DNA of 64,000 nt from assembly GCA_000091205.1 (NCBI GenBank), contig AP006489.2; one strand, given 5' to 3'. The position numbers and the translations under genes are program-made. Positions 34,619 through 46,871 of the stretch are shown here, in pieces. The notes beneath the pieces are model-generated. The model saw only the letters and a list, made by a program, of their open reading frames with translations. It made no database searches and had not been told where the DNA came from. How positions within the stretch are numbered: position 1 is the stretch's first letter; each line of letters opens with the position of its first letter. Source of the stretch: Cyanidioschyzon merolae. Taxonomy: Eukaryota.

Positions 34619-35902
34619 ATGGATACTAAGCGCGTTAGCGATCAAAAGACAATGTCGTTCGAATTTTGCACTCAACTTACGATGTATGTTTCGAACCGCA
34701 GTACAGCGCCGCGCCCCTTTAGATTGCACACCGTTTCAGATCATATGCCGCTTTCTTTAAAGGCAACGGACTTGGCCACCCGGGCGTGGACTCATCTCAG
34801 CAGAAATAAACTGCGAAGATCAGTAATTAAAGCGACTTCGGACCAGCCTTCACGCCCGCCTTGGAAACACCTGCAACGGATCTTGCTCAGCACTCAACTC
34901 GCTTCCTTCGGAGCAGACTCCTTCGTGTGCGTGCCTGAGGTTTATGAGTACTTGTTCCAAAGACTATCGATTAGTGATTCCTGGATGGTCGTCTGCAAGA
35001 CGCTTTTCGTTATCCACTACATCCTGAGGGAGGGAAACCAACGGCTAGCAGAGTTACTGCTTAGCGACTCGGCCACTTGTTTTACGTCTGCTGAACGACT
35101 TATCGGGCCTGACTTCGTGTATGCACAGTTCGTACGAAAATATGCCATTTATCTGAGGGAAAAGGTAATCGCCTACCAAGCGATGCGAGTCGTTTTTGAA
35201 CATCCAGGGACTCGCAAGGCAGTGAGCTCTGGAGCCCCAGTGCGAGTCGTGACACCGAGAGAGTGCGCCTCAGGACCCATAATACTGGGCTCGGCGAGTG
35301 GTGAACTCAGGAGGGCTCCACCCCAACAAGCAACAAATTATTCTACCCAGCCGGCTGAGAGTGCTCAAATGGCGGCAGTTGCCTCTATTCCAGGTGCAAG
35401 TATTGAGAGCCTTGCTCTCGTCGACGCCATTAGAGTCCTGCCGATTCTTCTCGATCAGCTGGACGCTCTTGTTGCTGTGCGCCTTGCAGACGGCTCGCGA
35501 CTCAACGATCTAACTTGCGCTGTTTCAGAACTCTTACTAGAAGAATTGGGCGGGCTCATTCCAGAAGTTAATCGAGGCATGAATCGAGTTCTAGAAAGTT
35601 TTCATGCTCTGGGGACTCATCACGCCATATTTTGCCTGCATATCTACGATCGTTACTGTAGCTGCGTACGAAGTACTGAAGATTTTCTTTCGATGCAGTT
35701 TGGGACGCACGTTTTCCTACCCAGAGGTCGGACGCCGCTGCTTGATCACGTGCCTCTGGATTTGAGTGCAAGTCTCCGAGAGCATATCCTTCGTAAGGGT
35801 CTAGAAAGAACCTCTGGAATATCCTCTGATAAAGAACGAGCAAAAGAAGAGGAGCTGATTCGAAAGGCCATCGAGGAATCCATACGGGCAACCATGCGTT
35901 AA
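34619..35902 (+). CDS. ANTH/ENTH-domain clathrin assembly protein (AP180/CALM-like)
   Basis: VIKATSDQPSRPPWKHLQRIL...SWMVVCKTLFVIHYILREGNQRL...YAQFVRKYAIYLREKVIAYQAM matches the ANTH domain. The true start may be one of several internal ATGs. Confidence 0.7.
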   Translation: MDTKRVSDQKTMSFEFCTQLTMYVSNRSTAPRPFRLHTVSDHMPLSLKATDLATRAWTHLSRNKLRRSVIKATSDQPSRPPWKHLQRILLSTQLASFGADSFVCVPEVYEYLFQRLSISDSWMVVCKTLFVIHYILREGNQRLAELLLSDSATCFTSAERLIGPDFVYAQFVRKYAIYLREKVIAYQAMRVVFEHPGTRKAVSSGAPVRVVTPRECASGPIILGSASGELRRAPPQQATNYSTQPAESAQMAAVASIPGASIESLALVDAIRVLPILLDQLDALVAVRLADGSRLNDLTCAVSELLLEELGGLIPEVNRGMNRVLESFHALGTHHAIFCLHIYDRYCSCVRSTEDFLSMQFGTHVFLPRGRTPLLDHVPLDLSASLREHILRKGLERTSGISSDKERAKEEELIRKAIEESIRATMR

Positions 35903-38480
35903 ATTACGAAGTACTCGGTGCGAGTTCGATTTCGCGCCCGCTCTGATGCGATTTTGCGGATGTTGTTCAGAGGCATCATTTCCGACCCGATTCTGCACAA
36001 GTCGCTTTACGAAATTCCCGGCAGAAAACTCGCATACGTCCCATCCAAAATGACAGATTATGTCGAGTTTGATCATGCAGACTCGTCGGTAAGCTGTTCC
36101 TACGTTTACGAGAAGGCACTTCAATCCGTGTCGCCAAACCTCTGCTGGCATGCCTGACCGCTTTAGACGAGAGATCGAACCAACTCTAGTGCTAGCTTAT
36201 ATGTATACTTGCCGATTCAACTGCTTCTTCTGCAGTTTCTGCTTCCGCTTTATTGACTCGCTGTTTAGATAGGCACCATATCTAGGCCGAAGCGAACATA
36301 CTCCTCCGAACAGCGTTCAGTAAACTTTTGATACCCTGTACAGCATGTTTCCGGCCTGGGCGTATGCAATTGCTCGTTGTTTTGCGATTTCGGCACCGGA
36401 ACAAGAACGACCCTGAAGTTGTCACTTCATCTAGGTTCTACTCGTGCGGGTTCGTTACAGAGCCAAACAGGCCATTCCCCAATATTCATAAGCACGAAAG
36501 CTGCATCAATCAAGCAACTGTTCCATCAGAATGGTCCCAGATTACCACACGCACGGAGCATGCGGAAACGCTGCACTCTCGGAAGTGACATGCGCTCAAA
36601 CCATGGCCAGAGCACTAAGCGGAGTGCCGCGCCTCAGATACGGGAGCACAGGACACTTCGGGCGTTTTACAGCAATCAAGGCCTGCGCCTATCGGGCAAC
36701 CCTAATAGCCTCGAGAGCATAAAGCAATATATAGCGAATACAAACACATGGTTCGCCTCTTCAACGTGCGAGTACGGAGACTTTCTGAATAGGTACTGCG
36801 TTCAAGGGAACCTAGATATGGTGAGCGCCGTGCGAGGTGACATGTTTCGCTGCGGTTTCCAGTGTTGCCCGCTGGAGACCTCGTCCCGTGTTCACAGTAT
36901 GCACGTCGTCTAACTCAACAGTTCGTTTCGCACACAAGTCATTGCAAGGCCGCTGAAGAAGGTCTCTGTCCGCCGGCGAACCACCTGTTCACAATTACTT
37001 CTCGGCACCTACGTGGGACTCAACGTTGCGGGTTCTTTCGCTTTCCAGATGCAAGCCATTAGTTCTTGCCTCTTGCCCGTAAACGGGTTGCAGACTGTCA
37101 GGACGCTCTGCCGATAGCTCGCCCACTGACACTCACGTCAGACTCAAAAGTGGTCCCCTAACTCGAGCTTCCACAAAAAAGTTTGAGTCTCTTCAAACTG
37201 ACAACAGCAGATTTGCGGACTTTTCCTGTTACTGATTCCTTTCGATCTCTTGTATCCGAATTTCGATACCTCAGTCTCTCCTTTCTCTCCACAACCATTG
37301 CCATCAGTCGCAGGTTGTTGGTGGTAGCAATAAGTCCCTATTTCGTTATGTGTGGCTGCAGGTGATACGCTTTTGAGCACAAGCGACAAGTGCTATCAAC
37401 ACTGCGCTTTCGATTCGCATCTGATCTATGCACAGCCTCATTGTCGCCTCTTGCAACAATGGCACCCGACTGCAGTCAGGCGTTCCCATGTGCGATCACA
37501 CTTCCTCCGGACGCCGCTCTATCGCCCGTGAAAACTAGCTTCATCGCTCGGACTAAACCGTTGGTGGATATCGAGGTTCCCCTCGATGCCGTCCATCATT
37601 TTCGCGTCCAGTGCCGTACCCTACGACCATGGGCTTCTTTGCGATCTTCTCGTCGAATACTCTGTCGGCTCCAGAAACATGAGCACGCTGTTTTATTGGA
37701 TGGAGGATTTTGGAACGCGACGTTTTACATGATGAAAGGAGTACTCGAAGGGATGTACAGACTCAAGAACACGTCGAGAAATTTCGATCCGTCCATGCTC
37801 CCGTCTTGCAAATGGTGATGAACTTTCCACTGGACATGATCTCCAAGATCACTGAAGTCCGAGTTCAAAAAACTTTTTGAATTAAACAATAGAGAAGGGA
37901 ACTCTGGGAGCGTACCCAGTGAAAGCTACTACGTTCCTGTCGAACGCCATTACGTAGCTGGCCACAAAGACACGTGTGTTGAGATTTCGAGGGGAGGCGG
38001 TAATTTTTCGTTACAATTTCAGAGCGCTTTCGGCAGGAGCCCATGAAGAAGTCGCCAAGGGAATACGTCCAGTTATTTTCCTCGTCAATCAAATAGCACG
38101 AATTGCAGTGCGCACGAGTTGAAATGATTCTGAAAGATCGAAAACTTGAAGAACTCTTGAGATGAGCGCAACCCATTTATGCAAACAAGAAGAATGGAGG
38201 CTCTCGTATATAAATTCGATAATGGTATCGGTTATTCTAAGAAGCCGTATTCGAGGAAGTCGAGAATCATCTTGATTCCGGCGATCTGGCGAATTCCTGC
38301 GGCAAAGGCTGGAAGGAAGCACCCCACAAAGACTCCCGAGAATCTTTGACTGCATATATATCCATACGCTCTTAGGGCTGCACATCAGACGCTGATGTCG
38401 TCCAACTAAAAAATTGGAAAAATCTACGGGCCGGGACACACAGAGCGATTCAGTGTTCCACTGAAATCTGAGACGGAGCT

Positions 38481-40955
38481 ATGAACGCCAGTTCGGATTT
38501 CCGCTCGGGATGCTATGACAAATCACCACTGGCGACGCGTCTCGGCCCGAAACGTGATTACGCGCTTTGCTTCGCGATTCACAATATTTCCGCTCTACCA
38601 ATGGAGAACGGTGTCTTTTTTGTGTCGCCGAACTTCCTTGGTAAATATCCAGGGGGATTCCGAAAATGCTGTAGCAGCTCTGCAAAACGTAAGGAATGCA
38701 CTTCTTCAATAAAGCTAAAGCGCCGGGTTTGGTGTTTATCGTTGCAGTTTGATGAGAGCAGTCCAACTGTTGGTCCGCTACAGGACAGGCGCTTCGATGC
38801 GCGTACAGCAAGCCGCACGCTTAAGGTAACGCGAAAAATAGCAGAGCTTGTGCGTGAACAGAGACGTACAGTGGAGTCTGCATCGAATCCTGAGCTTGTG
38901 GAAGATGCAGCCGACACAGAGATCAATCTTTCTCTGCTGTTTGAAAGCGATCGTGAGAGGGGTTCAGATCCTGCGCGCGTGCTGGAAGCATTCCGAATGC
39001 TTTCCAAGCAGCCTAGCCGGCTTGCGAGACTGAATGGTTCGCAGCCGGCTTCTGTAGATAGCACTTTTCCGAAGTTCGACCAGCGCACTGAAGTGCCTGC
39101 AGCACAGCACGGACCAACTGTCGATGCCAGAGGTTATTTGTTGCTGCAACGCAGCCTTCCAGTTGAATATGAGTCGCCGATGGGTTTTCAGAAAAAGCGT
39201 GGACTCTCTACAAGGCCGCTTGAATGGACGCCGCAGCCTTTCCTTCGCTCGCTCGACATTTGGGACTTTGCTGCTCAGTTTTGGTTGACAACACAGCTTG
39301 CGAAATGGCGTTGGACCTACGGAATAGTTGGATCCCGAGAGGAACTCGAGGCGAAGCGAAAAGAGCGACGCCGAGCGATCGCCGCCTGGGTGCGCGAGGA
39401 GCTGATTCGGTTAGGACCGACTTTTATTAAGGCAGGCCAGTTATTCAGTGCACGCTCAGATCTCTTCCCAGCGGAGGTGGTTGATGAGCTCTCAAAATTG
39501 CAGGATAGCGTTCCACCATTCCCGGCGGAAGTCGCGAAGAAAATTATCCTTACAGAGCTCGGGATCAAGTCTGGAAACATTGGAGAAATATTCTCCTACT
39601 TCGAGGACGAGCCAATAGCAGCAGCTTCCCTGGGTCAGGTTCATCTTGCTCGCTTGCGGTCGACTGGAGAATACGTCGTTGTGAAAGTTCAGCGACGCCA
39701 GCTGCGAGAACTGTTTGATATTGATCTGCGCTTGCTCAAGTCACTCGCGGATTTTGCGCAACGATCGTCTCAGCTCGGAGGTCCTACGAGAGATTGGCCG
39801 GGAATATTTGAAGAGTGCAAAAATGTATTGTTACGCGAAATCGACTACATTGAAGAAGGTCGCTCTGCGGACCGTTTCAGAGAAAATTTCAGAAATATTG
39901 AATGGGTACGTGTTCCAAAAGTTTTTTGGGAGTACACAACGCAGCGCGTGCTCGTGCAGCAGTATCTGCCCGGAATCAAAATTAGCAATGTAGCGGAGTT
40001 CCAGGCCATGGGCTATAACCTCCCTCGAATCGCAAAAAGGGTCGCAGAAGCATATCTCTTTCAAATTCTCGGTAGCGGATTCTTCCATGCAGATCCTCAT
40101 CCCGGAAATTTGGCCGTTGCGCCCGGCGAGGTGCTGATTTACTATGATTTCGGCATGATGGGTACATTGCCCTCGAATATCAAGGAGCGCATTGTCATGC
40201 TCCTGGCGGCGGTTGTGGATAAGGATGCGGACACTGTGATGAAGCTTCTGATCGAACTGGGGGCGCTTGTTCCGCCCCGAGATCCGACACCAGTTCGAAG
40301 AACTATCCAGTTCTTTTTGAACTCCCTCGGGAGTCGCCCTGTGCGCAGCCAGACAGTGCAAGCGATTGGTGAGGATCTGTATTCACTCGCATACGACCGG
40401 CCGTTTCGTTTGCCGGCAACTTTCACTTTCGTGCTGCGAGCTTTCACAACGCTCGAGGGCCTTTGCAAAGCACTTGATCCGGGCTTTGCTTTTGGACAAA
40501 TCGCCCAGCCATATGGTTTCGCTCTTCTGCGACGTCGCAGTCAGGCTCAGAGCCTCCGGCGCTGGCTGAATGACAAGACAATTCGCAACATTGTGAGCCT
40601 CCCAAATCGACTGGAGCAACTGGAAAATTCGATGCAAAGAATTCAGAATGGAGATATCGTCGTTCGCTCGCGAAACACAGAACTGGAGAGATTATTAAGA
40701 AGGCAGAGTGCCGCGATGGAGACGAACCGGACGACAATCATTGCAGCAGCTCTGGCAGTCGGAGCTGCCACAGTGGATACCAACATAGCTCTGCCATATC
40801 TTGGAGATATCAACGTATCCTTGATTCTCGGCGCGCTAGCTGCCCTCTTTGCAGTGAACGCAACGCGATCCTACATAAGTCGGGTTCGACAGGAAGAGCG
40901 CTGGGATCGCTTCTTGAGCGGTGATTCTGGGTCGGATAACAATGCGCCCCAGTAA
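38481..40955 (+). CDS. ABC1/ADCK (UbiB) family atypical kinase
   Basis: FDxxPIAAASLGQVHLARL..GEYVVVKVQRRQL, HADPHPGN and the rest of the ABC1 domain, plus C-terminal TM segments. Confidence 0.85.
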   Translation: MNASSDFRSGCYDKSPLATRLGPKRDYALCFAIHNISALPMENGVFFVSPNFLGKYPGGFRKCCSSSAKRKECTSSIKLKRRVWCLSLQFDESSPTVGPLQDRRFDARTASRTLKVTRKIAELVREQRRTVESASNPELVEDAADTEINLSLLFESDRERGSDPARVLEAFRMLSKQPSRLARLNGSQPASVDSTFPKFDQRTEVPAAQHGPTVDARGYLLLQRSLPVEYESPMGFQKKRGLSTRPLEWTPQPFLRSLDIWDFAAQFWLTTQLAKWRWTYGIVGSREELEAKRKERRRAIAAWVREELIRLGPTFIKAGQLFSARSDLFPAEVVDELSKLQDSVPPFPAEVAKKIILTELGIKSGNIGEIFSYFEDEPIAAASLGQVHLARLRSTGEYVVVKVQRRQLRELFDIDLRLLKSLADFAQRSSQLGGPTRDWPGIFEECKNVLLREIDYIEEGRSADRFRENFRNIEWVRVPKVFWEYTTQRVLVQQYLPGIKISNVAEFQAMGYNLPRIAKRVAEAYLFQILGSGFFHADPHPGNLAVAPGEVLIYYDFGMMGTLPSNIKERIVMLLAAVVDKDADTVMKLLIELGALVPPRDPTPVRRTIQFFLNSLGSRPVRSQTVQAIGEDLYSLAYDRPFRLPATFTFVLRAFTTLEGLCKALDPGFAFGQIAQPYGFALLRRRSQAQSLRRWLNDKTIRNIVSLPNRLEQLENSMQRIQNGDIVVRSRNTELERLLRRQSAAMETNRTTIIAAALAVGAATVDTNIALPYLGDINVSLILGALAALFAVNATRSYISRVRQEERWDRFLSGDSGSDNNAPQ

Positions 40956-41020
40956 AATAATGGAATAGTATCTTTACTATGAAAAGGTACATCCGCGAGC
41001 GGGATGCATCGAGCTAGGAA

Positions 41021-42553
41021 CTACGCAGCTTCCTCTTCACCGACGCGTACAGCGCAGGACTGCTGGACTTGCAAGAGTGTCTCGATCCCCCGAATCCGAT
41101 AGCCAACAGCGAGGGCCCACAGGATAAGGTGCGCCAGATACTCCCGGCTACTGACGATAGTCACAGAGACGCCCTTGTAGTGGGGAATGCCGCTGGACTC
41201 TTTGTCGGATGTTTCGTTACTCTTTCCAAAGAGAGTTGTAAGAATGCGGTTCCGTACAATATTCTCGCCTCCGGAAAACAGACCTCCCACCACATCCCCG
41301 CCGAGCTTTCCAACTACGGACCGTACAAGTTCATGCATTGTTTCCGTGACTTCACCCCGCAGATCAGATTGGAGCGCAACTAGTCGCTCCACTCCGATCT
41401 GACGCATATAATCGAGGAGCATGATGCGATCCGTCAGATATAGGCCGAGGCGGCTCTCCAGCATCTCGATATACTCTTCCGCAGACATTTCGCGGCCGTG
41501 GATGAGCACCTTCCCGCCGACTACCTTGCGCTCTTTTTCAATCCGATCTTTCGAGCCATTATCGGCTTTCTTTTCCGACCGTTCGGATGAGGAGTTTTCG
41601 GCAGGCTTTAAGCCCATCGTCCACGAGAAAATGTCAAATTTCTCATCCATGCGCATTCGGACTTCTGCGGCATGGTACATGTAACCAGTCATCATGCTGG
41701 AGAGGAGAAGCTTCGAAAAGGCTTCCCGATTCGTCGTAATTTGGATTTCGAACCCTTCCTGAGGTAGCGTGCCCAATATGCCGAGAGCTGTTCGCTTGAA
41801 GGCTTCCTTCGTATCTTCAGGGACGTCCTTTGAGATACCATCAACGTCATTCAAATTCTCCAAGTCCTCGTAAACGCGCACGTACTCCAGGAGGCTCGTT
41901 ATTTTGCGACCTGCCGCAGCCTCAGTCCGGACCAGTCGTTTCGCGTTGTCCACAATCTGACGAAGTGCCCACTTGAGCGTTTCCTCGTCACCATCAAAGA
42001 CAAAATTGTTATCATCATTGTCGTCCTCATCGTCCCCTTTATCCTCCGCCCGGTTTCTGTTCTCCTCGCGTTCATCGTCGTTGTCTTTAGGCCCCTGGCC
42101 GGAACTCCCCTGAGGCGGTTGCAAATTCGCCGCCAAGCGAAATCGTTCAGTTTTCGGCCCTACTGGGCAGGGCAGCGCACACCTGTTAGAGCCCCCTTCT
42201 TCTTCGAAACCATTCAAGCACTCACGCTGGTGCCTGTGTGCTTGCGCGAAAACCCGCTGACCCAGCCACGTGCTTCCCTGGTGCGGCAGTGTGTCCTGCG
42301 CCGCCGAGCAAGCAGCGCGGCTGCGAGCAGCGGCAAACGAGGACTTTCCGGTACCGTACGAGCTGGTACACGCTGAACATCGAATTCCAAAGAAGCGCGG
42401 CAAACCTGGAACTACGAAGGCGTCTCGCATTTTACTGCCTTGCGGCGTCGCTCCACAGAGTACGTAGTCCAACGCTAATCGAAGTACGCAAGAGGTGATG
42501 AGCGTAGGATGTCCACATGCGTTCTGAATCGCGCGAGCACATCCATGGGCCAT
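41021..42553 (-). CDS. conserved hypothetical protein (acidic low-complexity region plus a C-terminal globular region)
   Basis: 510-aa ORF, convergent with the ABC1 kinase gene (65-bp gap). No firm domain call possible by eye. Confidence 0.45.
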   Translation of the reverse strand: MAHGCARAIQNACGHPTLITSCVLRLALDYVLCGATPQGSKMRDAFVVPGLPRFFGIRCSACTSSYGTGKSSFAAARSRAACSAAQDTLPHQGSTWLGQRVFAQAHRHQRECLNGFEEEGGSNRCALPCPVGPKTERFRLAANLQPPQGSSGQGPKDNDDEREENRNRAEDKGDDEDDNDDNNFVFDGDEETLKWALRQIVDNAKRLVRTEAAAGRKITSLLEYVRVYEDLENLNDVDGISKDVPEDTKEAFKRTALGILGTLPQEGFEIQITTNREAFSKLLLSSMMTGYMYHAAEVRMRMDEKFDIFSWTMGLKPAENSSSERSEKKADNGSKDRIEKERKVVGGKVLIHGREMSAEEYIEMLESRLGLYLTDRIMLLDYMRQIGVERLVALQSDLRGEVTETMHELVRSVVGKLGGDVVGGLFSGGENIVRNRILTTLFGKSNETSDKESSGIPHYKGVSVTIVSSREYLAHLILWALAVGYRIRGIETLLQVQQSCAVRVGEEEAA

Positions 42554-43718
42554 ATATTTACATTTATGTATATTTCTTAGACTTCAGGACTGTCTGGCGA
42601 GCACCGTGGGGCGAAAACGCTGCACGCCCATGGGATAAATTGATATAGACGTGCAAACGCCTCCCGGCTGCCTTCGACCAGCACTCTGCAATGAGCTCCA
42701 GATTCTCCGTGTAAACCTCGAACCTGAGAGGCTGCTCTACAAAGTTAGATCGCGTCAGCTCTCATGATCTCGTCTTCAGCACTGGGCATATCCTAAAAAA
42801 GCTGGCAGCGTTAAAGTATCGGTTCAGGAACTGAAAGCGTTTGTTGCTTCTGGTGGTACGCACCAATGCATCGATTCCTCGAACTCGAGCGCTCTGTCCG
42901 AGTACAATCTCCTCTAGGCAGACTTTCGTTCTTCTTCCTCGTCTTCGTCACTTGCTCTTATTTGCTCGACGATCACCGAGAAGAGGCTTTTTTCCGTTTT
43001 TTCTATGGCACTCGGCTATAACCGCCGTCCAGGTTCCGCGATTTATAGGTCCATATCTTTCCCTTGGATTTTTCATTTCTTCAAATGAAAGAACTTCGGA
43101 GACGTCTGCTATGCACCGCGACAAAACAATTGATTAAACGCATCTCGGGGTGAAACACAATTGACGTAAAAGACTGCAAAATGCGTGAAAAACTGCCAGA
43201 GGATGCGAAATTGACGCTCGAACGCTGCCATCAGCGTCCTTTGAGAGGTGACTACAGAATTGGAAGGAAAGGGAAAACCGTCGTATTGAACGCGGGCGAT
43301 ACGCTAGCAGAAAAGGAAAGCATCAGAAAAATCCCGGAGAGGCTGATGTAGACTACAGAGGGAAGAGACCCAAACTTTAGTACTTGCCTAAGATATGTTG
43401 TTGGACCTGTTCTACATTATACTCACGTGGATGTAGAAAAGCCACGGAAATAGTGTTTATCTGTCGTGAGCAAGTGCGCCTCGGCCGTTTTGCTGTGCAG
43501 CGCAATGCTCGCAAGCTAAGAAGGTCGGGAGCACGCATTTACACGGTTGTACAAGAGTTATGTCGCATCCAGGGGCCTGAGCAGTGCACTACAACGGGCG
43601 AGTGGGCAACTTTTTCTGATGCCACAGCGCCGTAAGGTTCATAGAGCGCTTTGGTGCAAGACCTCTGCAGATGAAGCTCACAGCCGCGCATACGAGAGAT
43701 TTTCTTCAGTGCTGATCA

Positions 43719-45821
43719 TTAAACCATCAGCTGGTTCGGAGGAACGTTCTCGTCAAATTGATGTTCCGGCTCGCGTTGCTGTTGAATACGGATATCCGAC
43801 GATTCTGCCTTTTTCTGGAGGCGCAGAGACTGGAACGCCGGCTCAAGCAACGAGGGCGACGCGTCACAGGATGTTTCGTCTGTACCGGCTCTTGTAACCG
43901 TACCGTCGATCTCATTTTCCGAGACGGCGGCCAATATGCTACTATATTTGCGATGAAGCGTGGCAAGATTGTTCTGAATAAAGACCTTGTGATCCGTTAA
44001 TCGCTCAACTACCAGAAGAAGGGAATCATTTGCCGAATCGTATTCAGCCTGTGTGCTCGCAGCAAGCGTTCGCCATTCTGTTCTTGCATGCTCTATGGCT
44101 TTCTGGCTGTTCGCTACGGTTTCCTGGATATTGTTTCGAAGATCGCAAATTTCCTCTTGGATTCGAGCATTCTTCTCCGAAGCGTCTGCGAGTCTCTTAG
44201 CGAGAGACTCGCGCTCGGCATTGTAGGTATTTTCGAGCCGTTGGAGCTTAGCTGTAAGGACGCGATTGTTTTCGCGCTGTAGTAATATTTTCTCCTCCAC
44301 CATGCGGATCGCGTCTTGCAACTCCAGTACTTCGCTATTCAATCTCTCCAGGTTCTCAGTTACCTGTTGCATATGCTCACGCAAGGCATCCTGTATAGTA
44401 GAATGAATTTTTTGAGCGTCGGCACTGCTAATGTTCTTGTCGATCGTAGAGGGCAGAACACCGTTGAGTGTGCGTGTTTCCTGGACTCCAACGCGTTCCA
44501 CAAGCGCGTGAATCCGGCGCAAAAGCTCATCTATCTTGCCTTGCAATGTCTCCTTGTCGCACAAAAGTTCTTTTCGACGTGCTTCTTCTTCTTCGCGCTT
44601 TTGCTGGGCGCGGTCGAGCGCCGCTCGCAGTTCGCGACGGCGACGCGATATACGCTCTACGTCGATGGATAAGTTTTGCTGCGCTTCCATTTTGTCTTTG
44701 AGTCCTTTCAGTTGCTCTATAAGACTGGTGACCTCTCTGGCTTTTTCCTGGACTTCCTCTTCGCGCTCGGCTAATTTTTTCTCCAGCATACTCTTGTGGG
44801 CCGTCAACTGTGCAATGAGTTTCCGAAATTTCTCGATATCCGAAAGGTAATCTTCCCTTCGTTGGCTCAGGTCAGAGATCCGGGACTCATTCTCTGAAAC
44901 CGCCAACTGTGCTCGCTGTAGCTGATTTTCGAGGTTTTGCATCTGAAGTTCAAGGTCGCGCGAGCGAGAAGTTGCAGCCGAATTGCGGGAGCTAAATACT
45001 CCTTCGAGCTCATTGTCAAACTCTTCAAAATCGTCCGAGCCTGCGAGGAATGAAGAATATGTGGCAGAGACGTATTCGAAGAAAACCTCCTCATCTGCTC
45101 GCGCTTTTAATTCGATGGATGCCTCGTCGTCAGCAGTTGTCTCTGCCTCGGGATCGGCCGCTCCATCGAGAATACCGACAGAAAACATGATGCGCTTCAT
45201 CTGCCGAGTTTTGATAGCGCTGTGTTCCACATCGAAAATCAGCAGCTCCACGAGCCAGGCCAAGCACCCGAGCAGCGTTGGCCAAGTGTGTGGGGACCCT
45301 ACCGCATAGAGCGCAGACTTGCTCACGTTAAAAGGGTATTTCAAGCGCTTCAGCAAGACCGGAACTTCGTCCTCGAACTTGGACGTCCACTGAAAATGCG
45401 GGTCAAGCCGTCGAATCAGAAAAGTAAAAATGGACTGAAAATCCTTTGCCGAAGGGCTCGACAGAGTCTTCAGAGAAACCGGATGGTCATAGTGGTGCTC
45501 TGTCAAATAGCAAATTAAACTCTTCATGCAAGCTTGCATATACTGTCGATCGGAGAGAGGTCTCGGATCGGTGCGCATGCCAGTGACCCCATATGAAACA
45601 GACTTAACGCTTTTCATCGTGCTTGCTGGCGTTCGCGGAACTGTGTTCTCGCAGTCGAAAGCCGTCGTCTGCAGACGCGCCCCCGGGCCCAAGGACATCC
45701 TCCTTGGGTTCGGCTGCCACTTCGTCGCAGACAAAGTGGTCGCAGACATTGGACCGGGGGCCTCAAGTTGCCGAAGCTGCTCTGCGAACATAAGCGGCGT
45801 GCTCCCACCAAAGCAGCACAA
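43719..45821 (-). CDS. NDC80: kinetochore protein NDC80/HEC1
   Basis: N-terminal calponin-homology/HEC region (RPLSDRQYMQACMKSLICYLTEHHY...PSAKDFQSIFTFLIRRLDP) followed by a long coiled coil. Confidence 0.8.
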   Translation of the reverse strand: MCCFGGSTPLMFAEQLRQLEAPGPMSATTLSATKWQPNPRRMSLGPGARLQTTAFDCENTVPRTPASTMKSVKSVSYGVTGMRTDPRPLSDRQYMQACMKSLICYLTEHHYDHPVSLKTLSSPSAKDFQSIFTFLIRRLDPHFQWTSKFEDEVPVLLKRLKYPFNVSKSALYAVGSPHTWPTLLGCLAWLVELLIFDVEHSAIKTRQMKRIMFSVGILDGAADPEAETTADDEASIELKARADEEVFFEYVSATYSSFLAGSDDFEEFDNELEGVFSSRNSAATSRSRDLELQMQNLENQLQRAQLAVSENESRISDLSQRREDYLSDIEKFRKLIAQLTAHKSMLEKKLAEREEEVQEKAREVTSLIEQLKGLKDKMEAQQNLSIDVERISRRRRELRAALDRAQQKREEEEARRKELLCDKETLQGKIDELLRRIHALVERVGVQETRTLNGVLPSTIDKNISSADAQKIHSTIQDALREHMQQVTENLERLNSEVLELQDAIRMVEEKILLQRENNRVLTAKLQRLENTYNAERESLAKRLADASEKNARIQEEICDLRNNIQETVANSQKAIEHARTEWRTLAASTQAEYDSANDSLLLVVERLTDHKVFIQNNLATLHRKYSSILAAVSENEIDGTVTRAGTDETSCDASPSLLEPAFQSLRLQKKAESSDIRIQQQREPEHQFDENVPPNQLMV

Positions 45822-46871
45822 CGGGAATCCATCCCTGGGGACTGTGCGTTTTTGAATTTTTGAACGGCTCGATCAGCCGCGGCGCCGGTACCCTGGGTCG
45901 CTTCTGCGACAGCGCCATTGAAACGCACGCCATGCTCATGGTGCTGAGACGCTTTGTTCTGGGTTCTACCAAGCAGAACACGCTACAATGTTTGTGTCCC
46001 ATGTATGGGGAATAACAATAGGCGACAAGCAAGGAAACAAAGTGGGATTTATCTGCCCGAAACCGATGATAAACAGGAGAACCCGACGGACAGAGAAAGA
46101 CCGTTTCTTCCAGCGCAACGGCTTCAACGGTGTGCCTCTGGGCTCGGCACCGTGCTCTAAACGAAAGCAAAGGAGGAATAAATTCCGTTCCGCACCATTT
46201 TATCTGCAGAATGTTGTGATGATTGTACGCTTTCGGCCAGAATCTTTTGTTGAATCTGCACGGCGTGCGCGAGACTCGGAGGAGATAGAGTTCGTGCGGA
46301 AGCACGGCGTATCCCTTGTCAAGCGAGCTACTGGGTACTTAGCGAGAGGCGTGCGAGATAAGGCCAGCCATGATATGGCCTGTGTTGTTTTTCTTTTCGG
46401 CACGGGGTCCATTGTATTTCTTCTCCAACTCATCAACTCGATACCATGTGCCTCTACAGCGTTTGAGCTCTTTGGCGTCATATCCGCATCGCTCATTGCT
46501 TGGAAGTCTCTAATGCGACTGAGCAGCGTAAATGGTAAGAATTCGAGCAAGGGGACCCAGCCTTGGGCCGAATTTTTCAGAATCCGCAACCGGCCATAGA
46601 CTCTTTCGTCGTAGCGGATCAGGATGCAGCGAAAGTCGTGGGATTCGGTTTCTTAGGGTGCGTGAGCGACGAGTCCACCCATGTCCCCTGGAGCGCGCCA
46701 TTTCCTCTTGCGGCTAGGGAGAAGCGTCTGATTCGTCAGCTTGCGGCAGCAGAAAAGCACAAGACTCTGTACATATTGGTTTTTGCCTGATGTCCTTATC
46801 AGAAACACAGCCCATGCACCAACAAAAACATAAAGCAAGCGTTTCCCAAATCAGCCCTCATCCGCCGGTTT

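Noticed and set aside
45763-46599. Overlapping ORFs 45763-46305 (-) and 45988-46599 (+) between NDC80 and ERCC1 as genes
   Set aside because: They overlap each other on opposite strands, have no recognisable domains, and the (-) ORF runs into the NDC80 coding start. They cannot both be real, and neither has support, so neither was called.
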